NCBI GenBank assembly: GCA_045538465.1
Contig: JAZSRK010000017.1
Span: 14,863-78,862 of the forward strand
From: Candidatus Limiplasma sp.
GTDB lineage: Bacteria > Bacillota > Clostridia > Christensenellales > Aristaeellaceae
DNA: 64,000 bases
Direction: 5' to 3'
The stretch's first letter is position 1. Each line of letters starts with the position of its first letter. Shown in pieces: positions 9,363 through 19,000 of this stretch. The position numbers and the translations under genes are program-made. The notes under the pieces are model-generated. The model saw only the letters and a program-made list of their open reading frames with translations, made no database searches and was not told where the DNA came from.

Positions 9363-10024
9363 TGTATACGATCGCAGATCTGTACGATTTGGAGCATACC
9401 CTTGCAGCAGAGTACCTTCGTCAGTTTACCTATCCTTGGGAGGCTCTCAAGGGCATCAAGGACATGATCGTTCAGCTGGGCGAGAACCTTGGCGATGAGT
9501 ACGAGGAAGTTTCCAAGCAGGTTTGGGTGCATAAGACCGCCGAGGTGGCTCCCACCGCTTATCTGGGCGCTCCCTGCATTATCGGCCCCAAGACCGAAGT
9601 ACGCCATTGCGCTTTCATCCGTGGTGCTGCGCTGGTGGGTGCCGATTGCGTCGTGGGCAACTCTGTTGAGCTGAAAAACGTCATCCTGTTCGACCATGTG
9701 CAGACTCCCCACTACAACTATGTGGGCGACTCCATTCTGGGCTATTACAGCCACATGGGCGCCGGCAGCATTACCAGCAACGTCAAGTCCGATAAGCAGC
9801 TGGTAGTTGTCCGTGATGGCACGGAAAAGATGGAGACTGGTCTTAAGAAGTTTGGCGCTATGCTGGGTGATTATGTAGAAGTTGGCTGCAATGCCGTGTG
9901 CAACCCCGGCACGGTGGTGGGTCGCAACTCCAACGTCTATCCTACCTCCTGTGTAAGAGGCGTTGTGCCCGCAAACTCCATTTGGAAGAACAATGGCGAA
10001 GTGATTCACAAGGAGGAAAAGTAA
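9362..10024 (+). CDS. left-handed beta-helix (hexapeptide-repeat) acyltransferase resembling the GlmU C-terminal domain; putative GlcN-1-P N-acetyltransferase
   Basis: Hexapeptide-repeat pattern. HYNYVGDSILG..MGAGSITSN..FGAMLGDYVEVGCNAV parallels the GlmU acetyltransferase half. The start overlaps the nagB stop by 1 nt (TAATG). No nucleotidyltransferase domain. Confidence 0.55.
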   Translation: MYTIADLYDLEHTLAAEYLRQFTYPWEALKGIKDMIVQLGENLGDEYEEVSKQVWVHKTAEVAPTAYLGAPCIIGPKTEVRHCAFIRGAALVGADCVVGNSVELKNVILFDHVQTPHYNYVGDSILGYYSHMGAGSITSNVKSDKQLVVVRDGTEKMETGLKKFGAMLGDYVEVGCNAVCNPGTVVGRNSNVYPTSCVRGVVPANSIWKNNGEVIHKEEK

Positions 10025-10025
10025 C

Positions 10026-11375
10026 ATGGGTAAGTATTTCGGAACGGACGGTTTCCGTGGCGAAGCCAATAAGGATCTGTCGTTTGAACATGCAGTAAAG
10101 ATCGGTCGATTCCTTGGTTGGTACTATGGTGCCAAGCAGGGCAAGAAGGCCAAGATCGTCATCGGTAAGGACACCCGGCGCAGCTCTTATATGTTTGAGT
10201 ACGCCCTGTGCACTGGTCTGATGGCTTCCGGCGCAGATGCTTACATCATGCACGTGACCACCACACCTTCCGTGGCCTATATTACCCGTGTGGATGATTT
10301 CGACTGCGGCATCATGATCTCCGCTTCCCACAACCCCTACTACGATAACGGCATCAAGCTGCTCAACGGCAATGGTGAGAAGATGGACGAAGACACCATT
10401 TTGCTGGTAGAAGACTACATCGACGGCAAGGTGGAAGTGCCCATTGCGGAGCGTAACGATATCGGCCGCACGGTGGACTATGCCTCCGGCCGCAACCGTT
10501 ACATCGGCTACCTGATCTCCATGTCCAAGTACAGCTTCAAGGGCGTGAAGGTGGGTCTGGACGTGGCCAACGGCGCTGCTTGGCAGATCGCCAAGGGCGT
10601 GTTTGAAGCACTGGGTGCCAAGACCTACGTGATGAACGATGCTCCCGACGGCTACAACATCAATACCGATTGCGGCAGCACCCACATCAAGCATTTGCAG
10701 AAATTCGTGGTGGATAATCAGCTGGACGTGGGCTTTGCCTATGATGGCGATGCCGACCGTTGTCTGTGCGTGGATGAGTAGGGCAACGAGATCACCGGCG
10801 ACCACATCCTCTACATCTACGGTTTGTACATGAAGGAGCGCGGCAAGCTGCTCAACAACAAGGTGGTTACCACCATCATGTCCAACTTCGGCCTGTACAA
10901 GGCACTGGATAAGGTGGGCATCGACTACGAAAAGACCGCTGTGGGCGACAAGTATGTGTACGAGAACATGGTTGCCAACGGCCACCGCATCGGCGGCGAG
11001 CAGTCTGGTCACATCATTTTTTCCAAGTACGCCACCACCGGCGACGGCATCCTGACCAGTCTGAAAATGATGGAAGTGCTGCTGGCTAAGGAAAAGCCCA
11101 TGAGCGAACTGGCTGCTCCTGTGGTGTTCTATCCTCAGGTGCTCAAGAATGTGCGTGTCAACAGCAAGCCCGAGGCTCAGAACGACCCCGATGTGCAGGC
11201 GGCCGTAAAGAAGGTTGCCGACGAGCTGGGCGATTCTGGCCGCATTCTGGTGCGTGAAAGCGGCACCGAGCCCGTCATCCGTGTGATGGTGGAAGCGGAA
11301 AGCGACGAGATCTGCAAGAAGTATGTGGATTCCGTTATCGATGTCATTCGCGCCAAGGGTCATATCGTTGGCTGA
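10026..11375 (+). pseudogene. glmM: phosphoglucosamine mutase GlmM, frame interrupted by one in-frame TAG (10779-10781)
   Basis: ISASHNP phosphoserine loop and FAYDGDADR metal loop lie before the stop; the GGEQSGH sugar loop lies after it. Both halves (10026-10781 and 10824-11375 in the ORF track) are in the same frame. Confidence 0.9.
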
Positions 11376-11519
11376 TCGGTATTAACCAAAAAACAAACTC
11401 TGGTGCACATCAACAGGGATGGAAAGGAATATTTATCCCTTGCGTTGCATTGCGCAACAGTAGGGGCTGTCTAAAAACAAGAAGATATTACCAATTCATC
11501 GTGAAAAACTGTCAAAAAA

Positions 11520-11562
11520 GGCATGGAACGTTGCCGGATGTGCAACATTCCATGCCTTTTCA
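11520..11562 (+). terminator. rho-independent terminator closing the nagB-glmM operon
   Basis: GCATGGAACGTTGC-cggatgt-GCAACATTCCATGC hairpin followed by a T-rich tail (CTTTTCATTTCTT). Confidence 0.8.
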
Positions 11563-11959
11563 TTTCTTCAAAATAGTCATTACGTTTTTCAAGTATGCAA
11601 CGACCAAGGATATGTTTGAAAAGTTAAAACCAGCAATAGCACTATTGGATAAGTACAACAGGCCATACGACATTGTTTATACAAATTTTGTCGGTACGAT
11701 CGTCTATGAAGATGAGTGGCAAGTAGCGGTTAATGTTAAAGATGGTAAGATGGATCGATGGTTGTTGAAGGTAGTATATATTTAAAGATAGAAAGTGTTA
11801 TAAAGCCATTTGGAATTGACATTTTTGCAGAAAAATGAAAAAAGCGCCATCCTGTTTGGATGCTCGTTTGTTTATGTAGTCCTCAAACGCAATGCACAGG
11901 AACGGTGCGTATCATTGCGCCCTCCTGTGATCTGTGGCTGCTCGATAAATTGGAATTTT

Positions 11960-12289
11960 TCAGCCTAATGTTTCGACAAATATCTTCCTCAACACATCAG
12001 CAGGAATATCTTGTTTTAAGAAAATTTGCAACATTCCTTTAGGCGTTACTTTATAGCCTGATAACATTTCCGTATTTGCCAACACAGCCTTCGCTTCAAT
12101 ATTAATATGGTCTTTGAAAGGAATAAGCCTTACAAAAGATTCCCCAACATAATAGGTTGGGAGTTTAGCCCACATTGTTTCTTGTGGTTCAGATGAAACA
12201 CTATCAAAAATTAGTTTTCTTAAAGTATTGTACATTTCGATAATGTTATTTGGATATTTATCTATATATTCTTTTACCTGCTCATTCAT
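11960..12289 (-). CDS. DUF1801/YdhG-like small protein
   Basis: 109-aa ORF with a GAGGT RBS 6 nt upstream, in a markedly AT-rich stretch. The family call is from overall resemblance only. Confidence 0.5.
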   Translation of the reverse strand: MNEQVKEYIDKYPNNIIEMYNTLRKLIFDSVSSEPQETMWAKLPTYYVGESFVRLIPFKDHINIEAKAVLANTEMLSGYKVTPKGMLQIFLKQDIPADVLRKIFVETLG

Positions 12290-12453
12290 TTGAATACCTC
12301 GTCAAATTCAAGTTTATCGCTTTCATTCTATCACACAGTACAAGAAACCGCAAGCCAACAAAGGCTAGCGGTTTCGTTATTTGCGCGATGTGAAGTGAAG
12401 GATAACTCCATCCTTGTCACCACCCCTTCTGATGCAAGGCGCTTTTTCGTTGC

Positions 12454-13665
12454 TTATTCCGAGAGCTCCTTTGTGGTTTCAGAAACCTTTTTAGCGGCCA
12501 TGCGGCGCATTGCCAACAGAGCGATAATGAGAACGATGGGGAAGATGCAGCCAAGCAGCAGACCGGCTTGCAGATCATCGCCAGCACGCTGGGAAACGAA
12601 GCCTACCAATCCGGGACCAAAAGCACCGCCGAAATCACCAGCCATGGCGAGCAGTGCAAACATGGCGGTACCGCCCAAGGGGAGATGGCGGGAGGTGATG
12701 CTGATGGTACCGGGCCACATAATAGCGACCGAGAAGCCGCACACCACACAGCCGATCAGTCCCACAACCGGGTTTTGGGATAGGCTTGCCAGCAAATAGC
12801 ACACAAGGCATAGCACGCCGGAACCCAACATGAATTTTGTCAGATCCACCCGGTCGCCGAATTTGCCATAGAATACACGGCAAATGCCCATGGTAACGCC
12901 AAACAGACAAGGGCCAGCCAGATCGCCCATGGTTTTGGAAAGCCGCAGACCGCTTTCTGCAAAAGCGGATGCCCACTGTGCCATGGCCAGTTCCGAAGCA
13001 CCGGCGCATACCATCAACACAATGGCAAGCCAGAAAAGAGGAGTGGTAAACAGTTTGCCGATGGACATTCCCTTGCCTTCCTCTACCAGCCGCTCAATGG
13101 GGCAGGTGGCAAAGTTGTAAATGTTGTACAGCGGCACCGCTGCCCAGATGCAGGCAAGGATCTGCCAGTGCTCGATGCCAAAGGCGGCAAAGAACAGTGT
13201 GGAAAGCAAAATAACGCCAACGCTGCCCCAGCAGTAAAAAGAGTGCAGAAGGCTCATCACGCGTTCCTTGTGGTCAAAAGGACAGGCTTCCACAATGGGG
13301 CTGGCCAATACTTCGATCAGGCCGCTGCCGATGGCATAGAAGAAAACGCTGATGATGATGCCCACAAAGGGAGCAGCAAACAAGCCGGGCAGGAAGGCCA
13401 GCCCGATCAGCCCAGCACCGCAGGCGATCTGAGAGATCACGATGGCTTTGCGATAGCCGATCGCATCCACATACTTGGCACAGATCAGATCCACCACCAA
13501 CTGGGTGAGGAAAAATACAGTGGGGATCAAAGCCAACTGTCCAAGGGAAATGCCGTACGTGGTGTGAAACATCAAAAATAGCAGAGGGGCGAAATTGGCT
13601 GTGATGGCTTGTGTAATAAAGCCTAAATAGCAAGCACGCAGTGTTTTACCGTAGTTCTTTTGCAT
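12454..13665 (-). CDS. MFS transporter
   Basis: About 12 hydrophobic segments. ATG at 13665 (MQKNYGKT); the ORF-track start at 13737 is an extension. A hairpin at 12344-12375 lies downstream. Confidence 0.85.
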   Translation of the reverse strand: MQKNYGKTLRACYLGFITQAITANFAPLLFLMFHTTYGISLGQLALIPTVFFLTQLVVDLICAKYVDAIGYRKAIVISQIACGAGLIGLAFLPGLFAAPFVGIIISVFFYAIGSGLIEVLASPIVEACPFDHKERVMSLLHSFYCWGSVGVILLSTLFFAAFGIEHWQILACIWAAVPLYNIYNFATCPIERLVEEGKGMSIGKLFTTPLFWLAIVLMVCAGASELAMAQWASAFAESGLRLSKTMGDLAGPCLFGVTMGICRVFYGKFGDRVDLTKFMLGSGVLCLVCYLLASLSQNPVVGLIGCVVCGFSVAIMWPGTISITSRHLPLGGTAMFALLAMAGDFGGAFGPGLVGFVSQRAGDDLQAGLLLGCIFPIVLIIALLAMRRMAAKKVSETTKELSE

Positions 13666-13789
13666 AATGCGACCGACCCTTCCGTTGAAGATGATGATGA
13701 AATTATATCCCATAATGCTCCATTGGTCATTGGACAAAATTGGTTTTTCATGCTACAATATCGCAAAAGCAACAAAAGCAGGTGGCATT

Positions 13790-14725
13790 ATGCAACCCAA
13801 AAACAGCTATCCCCGCATTGTGACCGATGATGATATGCGGGAGGCGCAAAGCCATGGAGAGGAAGATTTTCCTTTTCAGTATTATTTAGAAGATATATGG
13901 GACTTTGATTTTCATACGGTGGATTGGCATTGGCATCCCGAGTGGGAGTTTGTTGTCGTTCGCCAGGGAAGTGTGCATTGCTCTGTGGGAAACGAAGAGT
14001 TTCTTTTGCAGAAGGGACATGGGCTGTTTGTAAACAGCTGCGTTATCCATCGTATGGATGCAGATAGTCACAATCTGATGCCTAATATCGTGTTTTCGCC
14101 TGCGTTGCTCGCCCATCCCCAAAGTCGCGTTTACCGCACAGCCATTCAGCCCTATCTGTCGCAAAGTTTGCCTTTTCTGGTTTTTTCACCGGATGTTCCA
14201 TGGCAGGCTGAGGTTCTTTCTTTGCTGGAAACTGTTTTTGCCCAGCAGGAAGCCAAATCGGATTCGCCCCTTAGAACCTTGGTATTGCTGTTAAAAATTT
14301 GGGATTTGATCAGCACACATACAGCACCGCTGGCTGCCCATGAAGAAAGCTCTCAGCGCAATAGCGCCTCCGCTCGCCTTCAAATTATGATGGCGTATAT
14401 TCATCAGCATTATGTTGATGCCATTACCCTTGATGATATCGCCGCTACCGTGTTCATCAGCAAAAGCAGTGCCTTGCAGATTTTTCAAAACGCCATCCAT
14501 CTTTCCCCAGTGGCGTATTTGATCCAATACAGGCTTCAAAAGGCGGCTGAACTTTTGCTAAAGACCAATCGGCGTGTAAACTACATTGCAGAAGAGACGG
14601 GCTTTCGCAGTACCGGGTATTTTTGCAGGAAATTTCGTGAGCGCTTTGGTCTTTCCCCGTTGCAATACCGTCAGCAGAAAGGTGCGAATCGGAATGCAGA
14701 GAATGAGGTGACAACTGTTTCCTAA
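13790..14725 (+). CDS. AraC-family transcriptional regulator (cupin sensor + HTH)
   Basis: The C-terminal AraC HTH region (ITLDDIAATVFISKSSALQIFQ ... GFRSTGYFCRKFRERFGLSP) follows an N-terminal cupin-like half. The gene is divergent from the MFS gene. Confidence 0.85.
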   Translation: MQPKNSYPRIVTDDDMREAQSHGEEDFPFQYYLEDIWDFDFHTVDWHWHPEWEFVVVRQGSVHCSVGNEEFLLQKGHGLFVNSCVIHRMDADSHNLMPNIVFSPALLAHPQSRVYRTAIQPYLSQSLPFLVFSPDVPWQAEVLSLLETVFAQQEAKSDSPLRTLVLLLKIWDLISTHTAPLAAHEESSQRNSASARLQIMMAYIHQHYVDAITLDDIAATVFISKSSALQIFQNAIHLSPVAYLIQYRLQKAAELLLKTNRRVNYIAEETGFRSTGYFCRKFRERFGLSPLQYRQQKGANRNAENEVTTVS

Positions 14726-14976
14726 CACGCTGTAAAACATGAGTTAAAAAATGTAATAATTAACTTAAATTTTTGATAACAAATACAAGATCTCAAAAAA
14801 TGTAGATATTTCAACAGATTTCGTTCACACGGGAGGTGGTGGAGAGTAGCCGTAAGTGGTTTCCAGCGATTGAGAAAAGAAGAAATGCATGTTATAGTAT
14901 AAATGACCTACAATAGGCTTATTTTGTCTGCAATTATTTATGTACAAACGTTCGCTTTTTAGGAGGGAATGCAAGT

Positions 14977-16065
14977 ATGAAGTATGTACGCCTTAACAGA
15001 TCCATAGCTTTGATGCTTACTTTGGTTCTGCTCAGCAGCATCTGTTTTGCTGCTTTGGCAGAAACCTTGACAAACAATAGCATGCCTGCTGCAGCCAATG
15101 GCGAAGGAGCAACAGCGGAAGCTACGCTGTCTCCTTTTGCAACGCTGCCTATTCCTACAACGACCGTAGAGCCCACTGTCACTGAAGAACCCACAGCAAC
15201 AGAGGTACCTGCCGCCACCGAGGCGCCCGCAGCAACAGAAGTACCTGCAACTACTGAGGAACCCGCAGCAACGGAGACTCCTGCAGCCACTGAAGAACCC
15301 GTTGCTACCGAAACACCCGAAGCAACAGAAATCCCTGTCACCACTGAAGAACCCATGGCCACCGAAGAACCCGTTGCTACGGAGGAACCCATGGCAACAG
15401 AGGAACCCGTTGCAACGGAAGAACCTATGGTCACTGAGGAACCCGCTGCCACCGAGGTACCCGCCTTTGAAAGCGGCTACGCATATGCAGCCAGCGGCAT
15501 GCAGCTCTACACGAGCCGCAGCCAGACAGCTGAAAGCCTGCTGCTCACCACCACAGCCGATGGTTATGTGTATGTGCTGGAAACTTACGGCGAGGAAAGC
15601 GATTGGGCGAAGATCTGCCTTGCCTGTCAAGTGGGGGAGGAGACGTTGCTCGTTGAAGGCTATGCACAGCATCTTTATCTGACCCTTACCTCGGTAGAGG
15701 AACAGCCGTCGATCGCTGATAGTATTGTGGCTGGTCCTCATCACTGGTTCGGAGATGTACCGCTGACCATTGTATCGGCACAGGCGCCCGTTACCGAAGA
15801 ACCGGAAGCCACCCCCGAACCCACACCGATGCCGGAACCCACAGTGCACATCATTATTCACGCAAACGATGTTATCTACGAGGGCGATACCGTTACCTTG
15901 GAGGCAGTCGCCGAAGGCTTTGACCATACACCCGTTTATTCTTGGGAATATCAAGTGCCAGGCGATGAAACTTGGCATACCTGCCAAGGGGCAAATGGAA
16001 GTACCTTTTCCTTTGTGGTCAATCAGTACAACAGCCTGTTCCATTGGCGCGTGAATGCTGAATAA
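14977..16065 (+). CDS. secreted protein with TEEPxA tandem-repeat linker and C-terminal beta-rich domains
   Basis: Signal peptide MKYVRLNRSIALMLTLVLLSSICFAALA, about 16 T-E-E-P-x-A units, no sorting signal. GGAGGG RBS. Confidence 0.8.
   Translation: MKYVRLNRSIALMLTLVLLSSICFAALAETLTNNSMPAAANGEGATAEATLSPFATLPIPTTTVEPTVTEEPTATEVPAATEAPAATEVPATTEEPAATETPAATEEPVATETPEATEIPVTTEEPMATEEPVATEEPMATEEPVATEEPMVTEEPAATEVPAFESGYAYAASGMQLYTSRSQTAESLLLTTTADGYVYVLETYGEESDWAKICLACQVGEETLLVEGYAQHLYLTLTSVEEQPSIADSIVAGPHHWFGDVPLTIVSAQAPVTEEPEATPEPTPMPEPTVHIIIHANDVIYEGDTVTLEAVAEGFDHTPVYSWEYQVPGDETWHTCQGANGSTFSFVVNQYNSLFHWRVNAE
15163..15465 (+). repeat. 18-bp (6-aa, TEEPxA) tandem coding repeat
   Basis: PTVTEEPTATEVPAATEAPAATEVPATTEEPAATETPAATEEPVATETPEATEIPVTTEEPMATEEPVATEEPMATEEPVATEEPMVTEEPAATEVPA. 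Confidence 0.85.
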
Positions 16066-16099
16066 TGGTTGGTTAAGTTTTCATGGAGGCCTTTGAAAT

Positions 16100-19000
16100 A
16101 TGAAGAATTCAATGCAAAAGTTTATCGCCATGATGCTATCGATCTTGCTGGTTTTTGGGCAGATCGCTACGCCTGTGCTTGCAGCAACATCTGACGACGT
16201 GACCCTCAACGGCAATGTAATGCCTTTGGCGGTTCCGGGCTCTGCAGGAATTTTGGATTTTGATCCCTACTCCGACTATGTGGAGAGCGAGATCGTTCTA
16301 ACAAACCCAGATACCGGCGCGCCCTATCCGGATGACCACCAGTTTTCCAATGGCGATGAGCTTCGCTTTACGGTGCGTTTTGAGTTGGATGCCAGCAATG
16401 CTTGGTATGTTGATAATACTCAACAAAAAGAGTGCAAATATTTGATCCGTGAAGCCTATCGTCAGGGCTACACGGGGCCTGATGATAATGCCCAGCAAAC
16501 TACGCTGCCTCAGATCGACGAGAATACTGTGTTTACCATTCCCTTCAAAGGGCTACAGTATCTGGCACAGGCCAACAATCTTCCTTGGAGCGAGGCACAG
16601 AAGCAGCCAGCCCTTATCGGTGCTACGTATAACGTAGCATTCTATTGGTGGTTGGATCGCGCTACCAATAAGCTTTGCCTCACTTTCACCAAAGAAGCGT
16701 TGGATGGTTCTAAGGGCCACGATACGCTCAATAATTTGTTTATCAACGTTAAAGGTGTATTGGATACCAGCCAGCTTTCTGGACAGAACAGTGCTGATTT
16801 TACCGTCGGCAATGTGAATTTTCAATTGCCGCTGGCGGCTTCCTACAATATCAGTAAGAATTCCCAGATGGTTTATAACAAAAACACCGGCAACTACGAT
16901 ATCAACTATACTGTAAGACTGAATGTAGACCGTGAGGTGGATCTTTCCGCTACCCAACTGAACATTTTGGATACGGTTTTTGATAATTCTATTATTGGCA
17001 AGCCCAGCAATGTGTCGGTAACCACCAACAGCGGCGATGACGTGGGCGTGACCGTTACCAATGTGGACAACAAAAATACCAAGTTCCAGTTTACTTCCAA
17101 CGATCAAAAGCTGGCAAAGGGCGAGTATGTTATTACCTATACCTCGCCTGTTACCCAAAGTTTTGATTCGCTTTTTGCCAATAATGGCGAGGGCTATAGG
17201 AACCTTGGCGGCGACCAGCGCAAGAATGCTGTACAGGTATATCAGGGCAACGAGCCCACCAACACAAGAGCAGATTCCTATCTTAATTGGGTTTCTCCCG
17301 GCGAAGAGACCCGCATCCATAAGTCTGCCGTTCATAATGGCAATACCTTAAACTACAACAACATTTACAGGGAAACCGTAAACGGCCAGACGGTTTATTA
17401 TGTAAACTTCTATCTGGAAGCGAAAATCAAAAACGAAGCAAGCTCCATTACCCTGACCGATGATGGCGGCCAGTGGCTGAGCCATGTAAACGAGCAGCCG
17501 CAGCTTTTGTATATTCAAAAGGGGTTGGATGAAGGCTACGACCCCAATACCATGGGCACTGCTCAAGGCGTATCGGTATCCACAGCCGATAATGGTTCTG
17601 TGCGTACCTATACGTTGAATGGTTCTCCCATTCCAGCGGGCGTGTACCGTCTTAACTATCGCATGCAATTAAAGCCCGAGGCAGTGGAGCAATTGCTCAG
17701 CGGTGCCTCCATGCCCAATATCGTAAACAATGCGACTTTCGCCACACTGGATAACCAGTCCGTACCCCACCGCAATACACAGACGAATGTTTCCATTCCC
17801 AATCGTGATGCATCTTCCAAGAGTTATCATGTAACTACGTTGGAGGACGGAACCAAGCTGGTGCAATGGACGCTGAATTTCCGCTGGAATTTCTTCCAAG
17901 ATGAGGGTCTCAGCAATGTAGTTGATACGTTGACCAACGGCACCTACTATATTGCCGAAGGTTATCCTTTCGTTATCAATAACAATTATCAGCAGCGTGC
18001 CTCCATTACAGATGCAGCCAACGCTGGCAATATTGGCGTTGTTTTCAACGAAGACAAAACATCCTTCACCTTTACGCTGGGCAATACCGGCAACAACGAA
18101 GAACGGACGGATGCTTTCTATAGCATTACCTATTATACCAAGGTAGAACCGGATGCGGAGGGCAACTATCCTTCGCATACCAATAGTTATGATGTAAATT
18201 ATTCCTTCAATGGCACCATCGGCGGCGATGAAGGAAACGTAACGGTCAATTTTGATGATCCTTCCGATCCCGATAACCCCAACAACCCTGATGATCCCCA
18301 GAACCCCGGAGAAAACGTTATCGAAGTTTCTCCCACGAAAAAACACCAGAGCTCCACGTTCGATAAGAGCAGCCAAACTGTTGTTACCACATGGGAAATC
18401 GAAGTGGATCTGTCCAATCTGCCCTTGGAGCGCATGACGTCATTCCAGATCTCCGATGTGATCCCCGATCATATGAAAAACTACATGAACATCACGGATG
18501 TCTCTGTGTACGGCAGAGGTCATGATTGGAATGTAGCGGCCAACTTTACCGAGAATACTGATTATACCGTCACCAAGACTTCCGACGATCTGTGGACGGT
18601 CACCATGTCCGAAACGGCCTTGAGGGAAGGCTGCGAGAACGTTCGTTGGCTATGCGTCGCTGTTACTACCAGCAGCAGTCTTATCAACCCTTCTCAAGAA
18701 GATCAAAATTATCAGAATTTCTGCCGATTGGATTATACCTATTCGCCCGTGAACCCCGAGGCGGAGGATTTTGTTGTATCCAAAACCTCCGATGCTTGGT
18801 GCAATTACAAGCGTTTGCTTTCCAAGAAGGAAGTTTCTGCTTACAGCGACTTTTATAACTCCACTACTAATCAATATGCAATGAATCAGGATGGTAAAAA
18901 CGATATCGTTTGGCAATTGTCCCTCAGGGATACAGCTTTTGTAAATCGCGGTACCGCTACTACCGTTACCATCACCGATACGCTGCCCGTTACAGGGGCT

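Noticed and set aside
10779-10781. Genetic-code reassignment or pyrrolysine as the primary explanation for the internal TAG in glmM.
   Set aside because: TAG closes remA and the YkvI-like gene at the positions expected for those proteins, and no pyl genes or tRNA-CUA are in the window. This is kept only as a caveat. Error or nonsense mutation is more parsimonious.
11450-11785. 111-aa + strand ORF downstream of glmM.
   Set aside because: Its first third runs through the strong glmM terminator hairpin (11520-11562). Only the distal 57 codons (from ATG 11612) could be real, and even that is weakly supported.
12290-12799. 169-aa + strand ORF.
   Set aside because: It overlaps the 3' half of the MFS transporter gene in antisense, has Ser/Pro/Ala-rich shadow composition, and has no RBS.
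14934-15465. Regular short repeats that could suggest a CRISPR array, and the antisense SSVATGSSVAMG ORF.
   Set aside because: The 18-bp period has no spacers and lies in-frame inside a signal-peptide-bearing gene. The antisense ORF is the mirror of the TEEPxA repeat.
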